Program-made: the position numbers and the translations under genes
Part shown: positions 27,211 through 37,067 of the stretch, in pieces
Layout: the number at the start of each line of letters is the position of its first letter
How positions within the stretch are numbered: the stretch's first letter is position 1
The notes under the pieces: generated by a model
What the model was told of the DNA's origin: nothing
The model's database searches: none
Seen by the model: the letters and a program-made list of their open reading frames with translations, nothing else
Origin: Candidatus Anoxychlamydiales bacterium
GTDB lineage: Bacteria; Chlamydiota; Chlamydiia; Chlamydiales; SM23-39
Direction of reading: 5' to 3'
DNA length: 64,000 nucleotides
Assembly (NCBI GenBank): GCA_011065175.1
Contig: JAAKFE010000001.1
Location: forward strand, 10,374-74,373

Positions 27211-28292
27211 TATCCAACTCCTAATGGCAGGGTTAAAATTGGGCCTTTTCCAGGCCCTCTACCTGATTGTAAATTGTATAATTCTAATAATAACATAAAA
27301 GTTTTTTTAGAGTGAATGTCATCATCATTTATATAAAACCAAAAATCTCTATATTTTATAGCAACATATGCATCTTTTGGTTTTTTCACTGACGAACAGA
27401 CTACTATTAGGTCTTTAAATATTCTTTCTATGTCTTCTTTTTTATCTTCAGCTGCAGCTGAAAAACTTACTTTTTTATCATCGATATCTTTTTGAGGAAC
27501 AACAATACCTTTACTTAAGTAGTGCATGCATGAGAGAAGAGACCTTGGAAGAAGGCCTATATTTCCTTTGTCATCAAATCCAACAACAACATTTAGGACA
27601 TATTTTCCATTAACGCTTTTTTCTGAAGATAAAAGCTCCGCCATTTGTTCACTAACTTTATTACCCGATGGAAAAGCAAATTGAAGATTTGGTTTATCTA
27701 CATTTTCGGTTTTATTCTGTCCAATTCCAATCTGAAGATCTCCTTTAATTTGCAGCTCAGTCATTAATTTAATAAGCTGATGAAATTTTTGATGTCTAAT
27801 TAGTTCTTCGGGCTCGAGACCTTCTCTTGGAACGTTCGGAAATTCCTGAAAATTTTGAACGGTCAAAGCAAAGACCCTATCGATACCCCAACCAGAGTAA
27901 ATAACTTGTTGAATCGTATTAATATCTAAAGGTTGCATTAATTGATTTGCAAATTCCTTACCTTGAAGTGGCGAATATTGAATAGTCGGTTGATTTGTCC
28001 ATTGAGTCTCCCCACCGAGGCTCATTGGATTTGTTTTATCAAAGCCAGGAAGCTGGATACTAGCTACTGCTAAATTCCTCATTGTAAATTGAGAGGTTAC
28101 AGATGATACTTCTAAAAAAAATGGTGAATCATAGTATCTAAGTCTTACCAAATTAAGAAGCATCTCTTCTGCATTAGTCTTTTGAACTTCTACATTATAA
28201 GCGTTTCTACCACCTGATCCCTCCATTGTCATTTTACTCGGGAAGTGACAGCTAGTCAAACAAAGAGTTAATATCAGTACAAGCCATTTCAT
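27210..28292 (-). CDS. hypothetical lipoprotein (360 aa)
   Basis: Signal peptide plus lipobox (LTLCLTSC). No catalytic motif recognised. Confidence 0.6.
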   Translation of the reverse strand: MKWLVLILTLCLTSCHFPSKMTMEGSGGRNAYNVEVQKTNAEEMLLNLVRLRYYDSPFFLEVSSVTSQFTMRNLAVASIQLPGFDKTNPMSLGGETQWTNQPTIQYSPLQGKEFANQLMQPLDINTIQQVIYSGWGIDRVFALTVQNFQEFPNVPREGLEPEELIRHQKFHQLIKLMTELQIKGDLQIGIGQNKTENVDKPNLQFAFPSGNKVSEQMAELLSSEKSVNGKYVLNVVVGFDDKGNIGLLPRSLLSCMHYLSKGIVVPQKDIDDKKVSFSAAAEDKKEDIERIFKDLIVVCSSVKKPKDAYVAIKYRDFWFYINDDDIHSKKTFMLLLELYNLQSGRGPGKGPILTLPLGVG

Positions 28293-28442
28293 TAAAATTG
28301 TTAAAAACCCGTTTTTTACCTTTCTAATTTAGGTTTAATGAATTGGCAAATACTTTTCAAATTTTTTCTAAATAAATATTGACTAATTAATCTCACTTCA
28401 ATAAATAAAAAAACAAAAGCACCTATATTTCGGAGGAAGAAA

Positions 28443-28874
28443 ATGTCAAGTGTAGTAAAAATGGGAGATACAGTAAAACTTCATTATAAAGCTAAAGCAG
28501 CAGATTTAATAATTTTTGATTCTTCATCTCAAATGGATCCTTTAGTGTTCACTGTTGGAGATGGGCAAATTCTACCAGCTTTTGAAAATGCTTTAATCGG
28601 CATGAAAGCAGGAGATAAAAAAATTATCAATCTTCAATCTGAAGAAGCCTTTGGTCCTTATATAGAAGAGCTTATAACTACAGTTGACAAATCTGAGCTT
28701 CCTCCCAGCTTAGAGATAGAAAAGGAGCAACAACTTCAAATTCAGCAACCAGATGGTCAGATACTCTTAGTAAAAGTAGTAGATATTACAGATAAAGATA
28801 TAACATTTGATGCAAATCATCCTCTTGCTGGAAAAGATATTGAATTTGATATTCATCTTTTAGCAATTGTTTAA
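28443..28874 (+). CDS. FKBP-type peptidyl-prolyl cis-trans isomerase (SlyD/SlpA-like)
   Basis: GDTVKLHYKAK...FDSS...PLVFTVGDGQILPAFENALIGMKAGDKK with an insert-in-flap region. GGAGGA SD upstream. Confidence 0.85.
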   Translation: MSSVVKMGDTVKLHYKAKAADLIIFDSSSQMDPLVFTVGDGQILPAFENALIGMKAGDKKIINLQSEEAFGPYIEELITTVDKSELPPSLEIEKEQQLQIQQPDGQILLVKVVDITDKDITFDANHPLAGKDIEFDIHLLAIV

Positions 28875-28974
28875 AAAAAAATTAAGTTTTATGAAATTAT
28901 TTCTTCTTCTAACAAAGGTTATTGAATTCCAATAATTTTTTTTTCGTATCCTTAATCCCTATAATTATAGTTCC

Positions 28975-29433
28975 TCCTGCTGTATTCGCAAAAGCAATGA
29001 CAGTGCGAATAATAGGATCTAAAGAACAGGCATTCTTTTAATAAAAAAGCATTATGAAGGGTTTGGACCTACCCTTGCTAATGAGAAATTCTTGGAAAAC
29101 CATAACATCCAAATATCGACAGAAACTTTAAGACAATGGATGATTAAGGAAGGGTTATGGAATCTTAAAAAACGAAAAAAAATAATATTACATCAATCAC
29201 GACTAAGAAGGTTATGTGTTGGCGAATTAATTCAAGTTGATGGAAGTCCACATGATTGGTTTAATGGCAGAGCCCCGAAGTGTTGTTTATTAGGCTTTAT
29301 TGATGATGCAAGCTCTCGAATTATGCATTTAGAGTTTGTTGACGCAGAATCTACTGAATCATATTTTAAAGCAATAATTGCATATTTGACTCAGCAATTC
29401 CCGAAAGCTTTTAATTTAAATATTCTCACCTAA
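28975..29433 (+). mobile_element. ISNCY-family (IS1202-group-like) transposase remnant, pseudogene
   Basis: HYEGFGPTLANEKFLENHNIQISTETLRQWM...GELIQVDGSPHDWFNGRAPKCCLLGFIDDASSRIMHLEFVDAESTESY matches the conserved DDE/rve N-terminal core. Two stop codons precede it, and the C-terminal two thirds of the transposase are missing. Confidence 0.6.
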
Positions 29434-29630
29434 TATTAATTTTAAAAATTTTTAAATTATGTCTTTTTAATTTTATCTATCATTAAAGTTTCTTTTTTAT
29501 TTGAAATTAACTTTTCAAGCTCATTTTGCTCCACTAGGGAATTTTTTGATTTTCAAAAATATTTACGAAAAGAAAATTAAAAAAAGCATTTTTTTTTTCA
29601 TAGAGCTCAAAAATCTTTCGGGAATTGCTG
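29392..29630. repeat. 239-bp segment bounded by a perfect 16-bp inverted repeat (MITE-like)
   Basis: cagcaattcccgaaag (29392-29407) and ctttcgggaattgctg (29615-29630) are exact reverse complements. The left arm sits where transposase similarity ends. Confidence 0.6.
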
Positions 29631-29785
29631 GAAAAATAAAAAATACTTAAAAAAAATGAATCAAGATTTGTTATTATTAAAAAATTTACTTTTAGTTTTT
29701 CAAAAAATATTTTTTGATGCCTTATTATCTTGCAGCTAAAGGTTTTTGATGTTATTATTTTCCTTAAAATTTAAGGAGATCAAAA

Positions 29786-30061
29786 ATGTCAAAAAGATGT
29801 CAGGTCACAGACAAAAAACCTCTTAAGGGAAGAACATACGCAAAAAGAGGTATAGCTAAAAAGAAAAAGGGAATTGGACTTAATATTACTGGCAAAACTA
29901 AAAGAAGATTTCTACCTAATCTTTTCAAAAAAAGATTTTGGTTTTCTGAAGAGAATAGATTCATTACTTTAAAACTAACTCCAGCTGCAATGAAAACAAT
30001 TGATAAATTGGGGCTTGCTAAAGTAATTAAAAACATGCGAAAGCAAGGAAAAAAAATATAA
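29786..30061 (+). CDS. rpmB: 50S ribosomal protein L28
   Basis: MSKRCQVTDKKPLKGRTYAKRG...RRFLPNLFKKRFWFSEENRFITLKLT. AAGGAG SD upstream. Confidence 0.9.
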   Translation: MSKRCQVTDKKPLKGRTYAKRGIAKKKKGIGLNITGKTKRRFLPNLFKKRFWFSEENRFITLKLTPAAMKTIDKLGLAKVIKNMRKQGKKI

Positions 30062-30092
30062 TTTTTTCTTGAATTTGCATATAATCTTTTAA

Positions 30093-31088
30093 ATGCGAAT
30101 TAGATCAAAACATATATTTATATTTTCAATATTTGCTACTTTAGCATTTTGTATCAATTTCATCGTCTCTTCTATTTCTCCAAATCTTCCAAAACCTGGG
30201 GGAAAACCTATTTTATATTCAAATCAGATGAGACAAGATCTGAAAATGACCTGCTTTAAAGCACTAAAAAAAGCAAATGAGCATATTCATTTAGTGATGT
30301 TTGGTTTAACAGATCCTAAAATAGTAGCTATCTTAAATAAGCAATCTCAAAATAATATAGATATGAGAGTTTATTATGACAAACGATCTAGCGTAGATCT
30401 CACTTTAAATGAAAACCAGCAGTTCAAAGTAAAATCTAGAGCTCTGATGCATCAAAAGATTTTAGTTATCGATAAATCATTAGTTTTTTTAGGTTCTGCT
30501 AATCTAACTACAGCATCACTTTTAATGCATGATAATTTAATGATTGGTTTTCATAGTCCTGAGATTGCAAATTTTTTAATAAAAAAAACACCTTATTATT
30601 CTGGCAATTTATCTACTCAAGTAGGAGGACAAAAAATAGATATTTGGCTACTCCCTGATTTTCAAAATAAAGCAATAAATAAAATTATAAATCTTATAGA
30701 CAACGCCACAAACAGCATTGAACTTGCTATGTTTACATTTACGCATGGATCTTTAGTTGAAGCTTTAATAAATGCAAAAAAAAGAGGTGTTGATGTAAAG
30801 ATTGCAATAGATTTTCAAACGAAAAATGGAGCTAGTAAAAAAGCTATCGAATCTCTAAAAAAAGAGAACATAGAGATTATTTATAATAAAGAGGTAAAAC
30901 TCTGTCACCACAAACATATCGTAATAGATAAAAAACAATTAATATGCGGCTCTGCTAATTGGACGAATTCAGCTTTTAATAAAAATTATGACTGTTTTTT
31001 AATTTTATATGGCCTAAATCACTCTCAAAAAAAGTTTTTAAAAAAACTTTGGAGAACGATAGAGCTCGAATCTTCTTTTCTTAAATAG
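30093..31088 (+). CDS. phospholipase D superfamily protein (two HKD motifs), N-terminally anchored
   Basis: HQKILVIDKSLVFLGSANLT and HHKHIVIDKKQLICGSANWT. N-terminal TM IFIFSIFATLAFCINFIV. Confidence 0.85.
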   Translation: MRIRSKHIFIFSIFATLAFCINFIVSSISPNLPKPGGKPILYSNQMRQDLKMTCFKALKKANEHIHLVMFGLTDPKIVAILNKQSQNNIDMRVYYDKRSSVDLTLNENQQFKVKSRALMHQKILVIDKSLVFLGSANLTTASLLMHDNLMIGFHSPEIANFLIKKTPYYSGNLSTQVGGQKIDIWLLPDFQNKAINKIINLIDNATNSIELAMFTFTHGSLVEALINAKKRGVDVKIAIDFQTKNGASKKAIESLKKENIEIIYNKEVKLCHHKHIVIDKKQLICGSANWTNSAFNKNYDCFLILYGLNHSQKKFLKKLWRTIELESSFLK

Positions 31089-31118
31089 TTTAAAAAAATA
31101 TTATAAAATTAAAAAAAC

Positions 31119-31730
31119 ATGTTTTATATGGTCCATCAACTTCAGTCTCTTTTTTCACTTTCTTTATCTTTATTTATAGTATTAAATGCTTTTGGAAATA
31201 TTCCTTTATTTTTATCTCTCTTAAAAGGAATTCCTAGGAAAAGACAAAAACAAATAGTTTTTAGAGAACTTTTAATCGCTCTTGTCATAATTATTGTTTT
31301 TAACTATATAGGTGTTTGGCTATTAAAATTTTTAAATGTCACTCAAGAAATCGTTCAAATAGCCGGCGGAGTTATTTTATTTTTACTCTCCTTAAAAATG
31401 TTATTTCCAAAAGAGAAGACAAAAATTGAAAAAGAGCTAAAAAAAATTACAGAACCTTTTATTGTTCCACTCGCTATTCCTTTAATTGCAGGGCCTGCAG
31501 TACTCGCTGCTGTAATGGTCTATTCTCCTCAAATCCCCAATGTAATAATGATTGGAGCAATTTTTATCGCATGGGCTGCCACCTTAATTATTTTAGTTTT
31601 ATCTGCTCATTTAAGTGACTGGGTGGGAGATAGAGGTCTTATTGCAATAGAACGCCTAATGGGTTTTATCATGGTCTTAATAGCCATTCAGATGTTTTTA
31701 ACTGGGTTAAAAATATTTATGAAAACCTAG
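31119..31730 (+). CDS. MarC-family (UPF0056) integral membrane protein
   Basis: VLNAFGNIPLFLSLLKG and a six-TM layout. Confidence 0.75.
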   Translation: MFYMVHQLQSLFSLSLSLFIVLNAFGNIPLFLSLLKGIPRKRQKQIVFRELLIALVIIIVFNYIGVWLLKFLNVTQEIVQIAGGVILFLLSLKMLFPKEKTKIEKELKKITEPFIVPLAIPLIAGPAVLAAVMVYSPQIPNVIMIGAIFIAWAATLIILVLSAHLSDWVGDRGLIAIERLMGFIMVLIAIQMFLTGLKIFMKT

Positions 31731-31817
31731 CTTACTTACTATTTTAAAGACCACTTCTCTTTGAAATTAATTTTGATTATATGTCATTATATAATAGAAT
31801 TTTAATAAGAGTTTTTT

Positions 31818-32684
31818 ATGATTTCAAGAAATGATCCATGTTGGTGTGGTAGCAACAAAAAGTTTAAAAAATGCCATTATCCTCAACTAAAAAATAATAG
31901 TGAGGCTCCTAAAAATTATCTTAAAAGCTATGGGATTATCATAAAAAACAAAAAACAAGTCGAAGGGATTAAAAGAGCTTGCAAGATAGCTGCTAAAATA
32001 TTAGATAAGCTCTGCAAAGCTGCCAAAACAGGGGTTACTACTTTAGAGCTAGATAATCTAGCAAATGATCTACATAAAAAATATGATGTTATACCAGCTC
32101 CTTTAAACTATGGTTCTCCCCCATTTCCTAAAAGCATTTGCACATCTCTAAATGATGTAGTCTGTCATGGAATACCTGATAAAACAAAGCTAAAAGATGG
32201 AGATATTTTAAATATTGATGTGACCTGCATATTAGATGGATACTATGGCGACACTTCTCGTATGGTGATAATCGGAGAAGTTTCAGAAGAAAAGAAAAAA
32301 GTTGTAGCCACCTCTTATCAATGTCTAATGGAATCTATTAAAATCTTAAAACCTGGTATTAAAATCTTTGAAATAGCAAATGTTATTGAAAAAATAGCAA
32401 AAGAAAAAGATTGTTCAGTTGTAAATCAATTTGTTGGTCATGGCGTTGGCATTGGATTTCATGAACCTCCTCAAATACCTCATAGCTATAATGATATTCA
32501 AATACCTCTAGTTCCCGCAATGACATTTACTATAGAGCCGATGATTAATGCAGGTCTAAGAGAGTGCGCTGTAGATCCTGAAGATAAATGGACAGCAAAA
32601 ACCATAGATTCAGAACCATCTGCACAATTTGAGCATACTATTTTAATTACAGAAAATTCTCATGAAATTTTAACTCTTCTTTAA
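31818..32684 (+). CDS. map: methionine aminopeptidase type I with N-terminal SEC-C zinc motif
   Basis: RNDPCWCGSNKKFKKCH (SEC-C motif). Map core motifs VCHGIP, DGDILNIDV, GYYGDTSRM, FVGHGVG, EHTILIT. Confidence 0.9.
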   Translation: MISRNDPCWCGSNKKFKKCHYPQLKNNSEAPKNYLKSYGIIIKNKKQVEGIKRACKIAAKILDKLCKAAKTGVTTLELDNLANDLHKKYDVIPAPLNYGSPPFPKSICTSLNDVVCHGIPDKTKLKDGDILNIDVTCILDGYYGDTSRMVIIGEVSEEKKKVVATSYQCLMESIKILKPGIKIFEIANVIEKIAKEKDCSVVNQFVGHGVGIGFHEPPQIPHSYNDIQIPLVPAMTFTIEPMINAGLRECAVDPEDKWTAKTIDSEPSAQFEHTILITENSHEILTLL

Positions 32685-34246
32685 AGAGGCGCTGACTCTT
32701 GAGTATTTTGATTTTCTTTCTCAGTAGAGTCGTTTTTCTCCATAAAGTGATCGATTAGATTTTGTAGATTTTGATTCTCTTCTTTATATACTTTTAGTTC
32801 GCTCTCTGTTGTATCTAGATCTTTTAATAGCGCTTTTTCATTATCACTTAGATCTTTAAAATCGTCATTTTTATCTCTTTGAATTGCAGTTAATTTTTCA
32901 TTCACCGCAAAAAGATCTTGACGAGTTTTATGTAAAACTAGCTGTTTTTCTTCGAATTGATCTTTTAATTGAACATATAAAGAATCTAACTTTTTAAATT
33001 CTTTAAGTTTATTTTCATATTCTTTTAATAGTTTTTGATCAGTAATATTTTCAAAACTTACTTTATTATCTGTCTTTTCAGTTTTTTGACTTTTAAGTTT
33101 TTCTATTAGCGATTCTTGCTTTAAAACTTTTTCTTTAAAAGCCTCTATTTCTTGAACATTTTTAGTTGCATTTTGAAGTTTCAATTGAAGCTCTTTTATA
33201 ACTTCTTCTTTTTGATTTAATGTTTCATTTATCTTTTGAACATCTTCAAGACTTTCTTCTGAGCTTTTATTATTATTTTGAAGTTCTTGAATTAAAGAGT
33301 CTTTTTCTTTTAGCTTTTGATTCAAATCTTCAATATCTTTGATATTTATATCAAAGCTTTCAATTTGTGTTTTAAGCTCATTTACAACATCTTCTTTTTG
33401 ATTTAATTTTAAATTTAAACTCTCAATATTTTGAAGAGATTGACTGGAGTTTTGAAGAGAGTTTTCTAAAGTTTTTATTCTTTCAAGTTTTTCATTTAAT
33501 TGATGATGAACTTTATCTTTTTCTTCTTTTTGATTTTGAAGGCGCTGATTGACTTCTGATAGCTCTTTTTGAAAGCTTTTGTTTTTCTCTTGTAAAAATT
33601 CTTCGTCTTTTAAATAAGCGAGTTTTTCATAAAGCTCATCTTGTATAATTTTAAGATCATCGATCTCTTTAACTTTTTGATCTAACTCACCCAAAAGATA
33701 ATCTTTTTTTTCTATACTTTCTTGAAGCTGGCTTTTAATCGTTTCATTTTCTTTTAATAAGGAGTTTAGTTGTTTATCTTTTTTATCTAAATCTACATTT
33801 AAAATACTTAAATTGCCTTGAAAGTTTCTTTCGGTATTTTCAAAGATTTTTTGTCTTTCATTAAGCTCGTTTTTAAGATTTATCACATCTTTATCTAAAG
33901 TAGAGCTACCCTTTACAATAAAGTTTTTTATCTCATCTAATCCAAAAGCTGTTGTAATGAGGCCCAGAGCAATAGAGATTTCTAATCCTAAATTCCAAAG
34001 ATGAAAAGTCTCTAAGTTTACCTGAACATAAAAACTATAAAAAATTAACAAAGCTAAAGATATATAAAGGCCTTTAAATCTAAAACGGTAACATAAAAAA
34101 AGAGACGCTGCAGTTATTATACAAAGCTCAAAGCTAGCGAGTGCTATTGTTAAAAGCAAAAAAAACGGACCTAATAAAACCCAGAATTTTAAATTGCTTT
34201 CAAATTTTTCATCTACCAAAAATATTCTTTTTAATACCTGTTGCAT
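32681..34246 (-). CDS. polytopic N-terminal membrane domain fused to a long repeat-containing coiled coil
   Basis: About 4 TM helices in the first 110 aa, then about 400 aa of heptad-like K/E/Q/L sequence. This includes two ~50-aa repeats (LNQKEDVVNELKTQIE...DSLIQELQ and LNQKEEVIKELQLKLQ...ESLIEKLK). Confidence 0.6.
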   Translation of the reverse strand: MQQVLKRIFLVDEKFESNLKFWVLLGPFFLLLTIALASFELCIITAASLFLCYRFRFKGLYISLALLIFYSFYVQVNLETFHLWNLGLEISIALGLITTAFGLDEIKNFIVKGSSTLDKDVINLKNELNERQKIFENTERNFQGNLSILNVDLDKKDKQLNSLLKENETIKSQLQESIEKKDYLLGELDQKVKEIDDLKIIQDELYEKLAYLKDEEFLQEKNKSFQKELSEVNQRLQNQKEEKDKVHHQLNEKLERIKTLENSLQNSSQSLQNIESLNLKLNQKEDVVNELKTQIESFDINIKDIEDLNQKLKEKDSLIQELQNNNKSSEESLEDVQKINETLNQKEEVIKELQLKLQNATKNVQEIEAFKEKVLKQESLIEKLKSQKTEKTDNKVSFENITDQKLLKEYENKLKEFKKLDSLYVQLKDQFEEKQLVLHKTRQDLFAVNEKLTAIQRDKNDDFKDLSDNEKALLKDLDTTESELKVYKEENQNLQNLIDHFMEKNDSTEKENQNTQESAPL

Positions 34247-34458
34247 GTACGCCTTTTAAGTTTTATTTTCCATCCTTTCAAAAAATTTCGCTAATTAAAA
34301 CACCTGTTTTTCATAGCAAAATCGCATAAGAGTTTTTTTTACTTACTCTCTTACTTTTATATTTATTTGTTTTGATCTATTTTTTCCAGAAAATCTTTTT
34401 TAAACTTGAGATTTTTTATCTTCTCTTAAAAAATTTATCTTTTCATAGATCTTAAATT

Positions 34459-34704
34459 TTAAAAATTATCTTTCGCCGTTTCCATTCGGGTTTCAAAAAC
34501 ATCTTGAGCCCCATCAATTAAATAAGAAGCTAAATTATCATCACCTGAATAATTTAGTTCCACTTGCATTTCTCCATCTTTAGATGGCTGTGAGCATGTT
34601 ATTAAAACATAACACGCATTATTTTTCCTCAGGTTTTTTTTGATATCTTCTAAATTCAAACTTTTTTTTCTTTTCTTTTTGAATACTTTAACAGGTATTT
34701 TCAC
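34459..34704 (-). CDS. small hypothetical protein (81 aa), GTG start
   Basis: Basic N-terminus followed by an acidic C-terminal half. AAGAG lies about 10 nt upstream of the GTG. No motif recognised. Confidence 0.4.
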   Translation of the reverse strand: MKIPVKVFKKKRKKSLNLEDIKKNLRKNNACYVLITCSQPSKDGEMQVELNYSGDDNLASYLIDGAQDVFETRMETAKDNF

Positions 34705-34914
34705 TGCCAGCTCTTTTTTGATAAACTATATAACATTTCATGACATATTGGATCATATTTTTGCAAATACTTTTCCTTTAAAAAAAATAAAACAAGCAGT
34801 TTACTTAAGAAAAAAAATTATAAAAAATACTATATATTTTTTGCTTTTGCTCTCTTGACTAAGTTTGAGATTAGCTATACAATATATACTAAAAAACACA
34901 AAAAGGCTTTTTTT

Positions 34915-35811
34915 ATGAACTTTATTAAAAGAATTTTTTTATTTATTTTAATAAATTTACTTGTCGTTTTAACGATTACTACTCTTTTAAATATTTTTAA
35001 TCTAAGGCCATATCTAACAGCGCATGGGTTAGATATAAATAGCTTGGCTATCTTTTGTTTACTCTGGGGGTTTACAGGGGCATTTATATCTTTATTACTT
35101 TCTAAAAAAATAGCTAAATGGGCGATGAGAGTAGAGATAATAGATGAGAGTACTACAAACGATAATTTAAAATTTGTATTTGATAGCGTTAAAAAAATAG
35201 CTAATGAAGCCGACTTAGAGTATATGCCTGAAGTGGGAGTATATAGTTCTAATGAAGTAAATGCCTTTGCAACAGGCCCTTCTAAAAAAAGATCTTTAAT
35301 TGCCTTGTCTTCTGGTTTGATCAATAAAATGCCTAAAGATGAAATAGAAGCTATAATTGGACATGAAATCTCCCATATTACAAACGGAGATATGATAACA
35401 ATGACCTTGCTTCAGGGTGTTGTAAACGCTTTTGTTATGTTTTTAGCTAGGATTTTAGCTTTTGCAATTTCATCTTCTAATAAAAGAAACAGATCTTCTT
35501 ATACTGGTAGTTACTTTTTTGTATATATCTTTGAGATTATTTTTATGATTTTAGGATCATTTGTTTTAGCTTTTTACTCAAGAAAAAGAGAGTTTAGAGC
35601 AGATGAAAATTCAGCAAGACTTCTTGGAAAAGAAAAAATGATAAAAGCTCTTCAATCTTTAAAATCATTTTATGACATAAAAGATTTGAAAAAAGAAAAG
35701 CTAGCAATTCAATCTCTAAAAATATCTAACAATTCAAAAAGGGGTCTTTTAAATCTATTTTCTACTCACCCACCTTTAGATGATAGAATTGAAAAGTTAA
35801 AAAATTTATAA
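34915..35811 (+). CDS. htpX: zinc metalloprotease HtpX (peptidase M48)
   Basis: HEISHITNGDM zinc motif, 4-TM layout, and C-terminal FSTHPPLDDRIEKL. The ATG at 34915 is preferred over the TTG at 34855 used by the track. Confidence 0.85.
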   Translation: MNFIKRIFLFILINLLVVLTITTLLNIFNLRPYLTAHGLDINSLAIFCLLWGFTGAFISLLLSKKIAKWAMRVEIIDESTTNDNLKFVFDSVKKIANEADLEYMPEVGVYSSNEVNAFATGPSKKRSLIALSSGLINKMPKDEIEAIIGHEISHITNGDMITMTLLQGVVNAFVMFLARILAFAISSSNKRNRSSYTGSYFFVYIFEIIFMILGSFVLAFYSRKREFRADENSARLLGKEKMIKALQSLKSFYDIKDLKKEKLAIQSLKISNNSKRGLLNLFSTHPPLDDRIEKLKNL

Positions 35812-35828
35812 ATGATCCATTCAAAACA

Positions 35829-36899
35829 ATGAAAAAAAAAGTAGTAGCAATTGGTTTATCTGGTGGAGTTGATTCATCTGCTTCAGCTTATCTTTTAAAA
35901 AAACAAGGATACGCAGTTTTTGCTCTTTTTATGAAAAACTGGCAAGATGAAAATTCAGATTGCTCAGCTCAAAAAGATTTTGAAGATGTTCAAAAAGTTT
36001 GTAAAACTCTAGATATAGAATATTATACTATAAACTTTGAAAAAGAATATTTGGACCTAGTTTTTTCAACATGTTTAGAAGAGTATAAATTAGGAATAAC
36101 TCCAAATCCTGACATTTTATGTAATAAAGAGATAAAATTTAATCTCTTTTTAAAAAAAGCTCTATCTTTAGGAGCTGATTTTTTAGCAACAGGCCACTAC
36201 GCACAAAAACAAATAATCGATGATCACATTCATTTACTTAAAGGAGTCGATCCCAATAAAGATCAAAGCTATTTTTTATATACTCTAAAATCTGAAATTT
36301 TAAAAAAAATAATATTTCCAATAGGACACCTTACAAAAAAAGAAGTTAGAAAAATTGCAAAGGATCAAAACTTATCTACTCATGCAAAAAAAGATAGTAC
36401 TGGCATCTGTTTTATAGGCAAAAGAAAATTTTCTGAATTCATATCTAAGTATATCAATTATACACCTGGCGATATTAAGTCTATAGAAGGTCAAGTTCTT
36501 GCTAAACACGTAGGGCTTAGCTTTTATACTATAGGCCAGAGAAAAGGCCTAAAAATAGGAGGAAAAGGCAATGCCTGGTATGTTGCAAAAAAGGACCTTA
36601 AAACAAATACATTATTTGTCTGCCAAGGAGAGAATCACAAGGCTTTATTTGCATCAAAACTACTTGCTAAAAAATTAAGTTTTGTAGTGGATGATTTTTC
36701 TATAAATACTCCCTATAAATGCTTAGCTAAAATTAGATATAGACAATATGATCAAGAATGCACTATTGAAAAGCTTGAAAAAGACTCAATTGAAGTTTCA
36801 TTTGAAAAACCTCAAAGAGCTATAACAGAAGGTCAATCAATAGTTTTTTATAAAGATAATATCTGTTTAGGCGGCGCTATTATCACAAAAATTTTATAG
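35829..36899 (+). CDS. mnmA: tRNA-specific 2-thiouridylase MnmA
   Basis: VVAIGLSGGVDSSASAYLLKKQGY (PP-loop). NPDILCNKEIKF, ATGHYA, KDQSYFLY. Confidence 0.9.
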   Translation: MKKKVVAIGLSGGVDSSASAYLLKKQGYAVFALFMKNWQDENSDCSAQKDFEDVQKVCKTLDIEYYTINFEKEYLDLVFSTCLEEYKLGITPNPDILCNKEIKFNLFLKKALSLGADFLATGHYAQKQIIDDHIHLLKGVDPNKDQSYFLYTLKSEILKKIIFPIGHLTKKEVRKIAKDQNLSTHAKKDSTGICFIGKRKFSEFISKYINYTPGDIKSIEGQVLAKHVGLSFYTIGQRKGLKIGGKGNAWYVAKKDLKTNTLFVCQGENHKALFASKLLAKKLSFVVDDFSINTPYKCLAKIRYRQYDQECTIEKLEKDSIEVSFEKPQRAITEGQSIVFYKDNICLGGAIITKIL

Positions 36900-36986
36900 A
36901 AATCTTGTAACCAATCTCTAAAGACACTCAAAAAAACCTAAAAATTAAAATAAGAGATGAAAAAGCCCAAAAGAATTAATTATTAC

Positions 36987-37023
36987 AAAAAAAAAGCGCT
37001 GATTTAAGTCAGCGCTTTTTTTT
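36987..37023. terminator. bidirectional rho-independent terminator between mnmA and the convergent kinase-like gene
   Basis: An A9 run, the stem agcgctga / tcagcgct (36995-37002 and 37009-37016), a 6-nt loop, then a T-run. Confidence 0.75.
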
Positions 37024-37067
37024 ACTTAAAAAACTTTTATTTAAAATTAATTAAAAAATTGCTTTAG

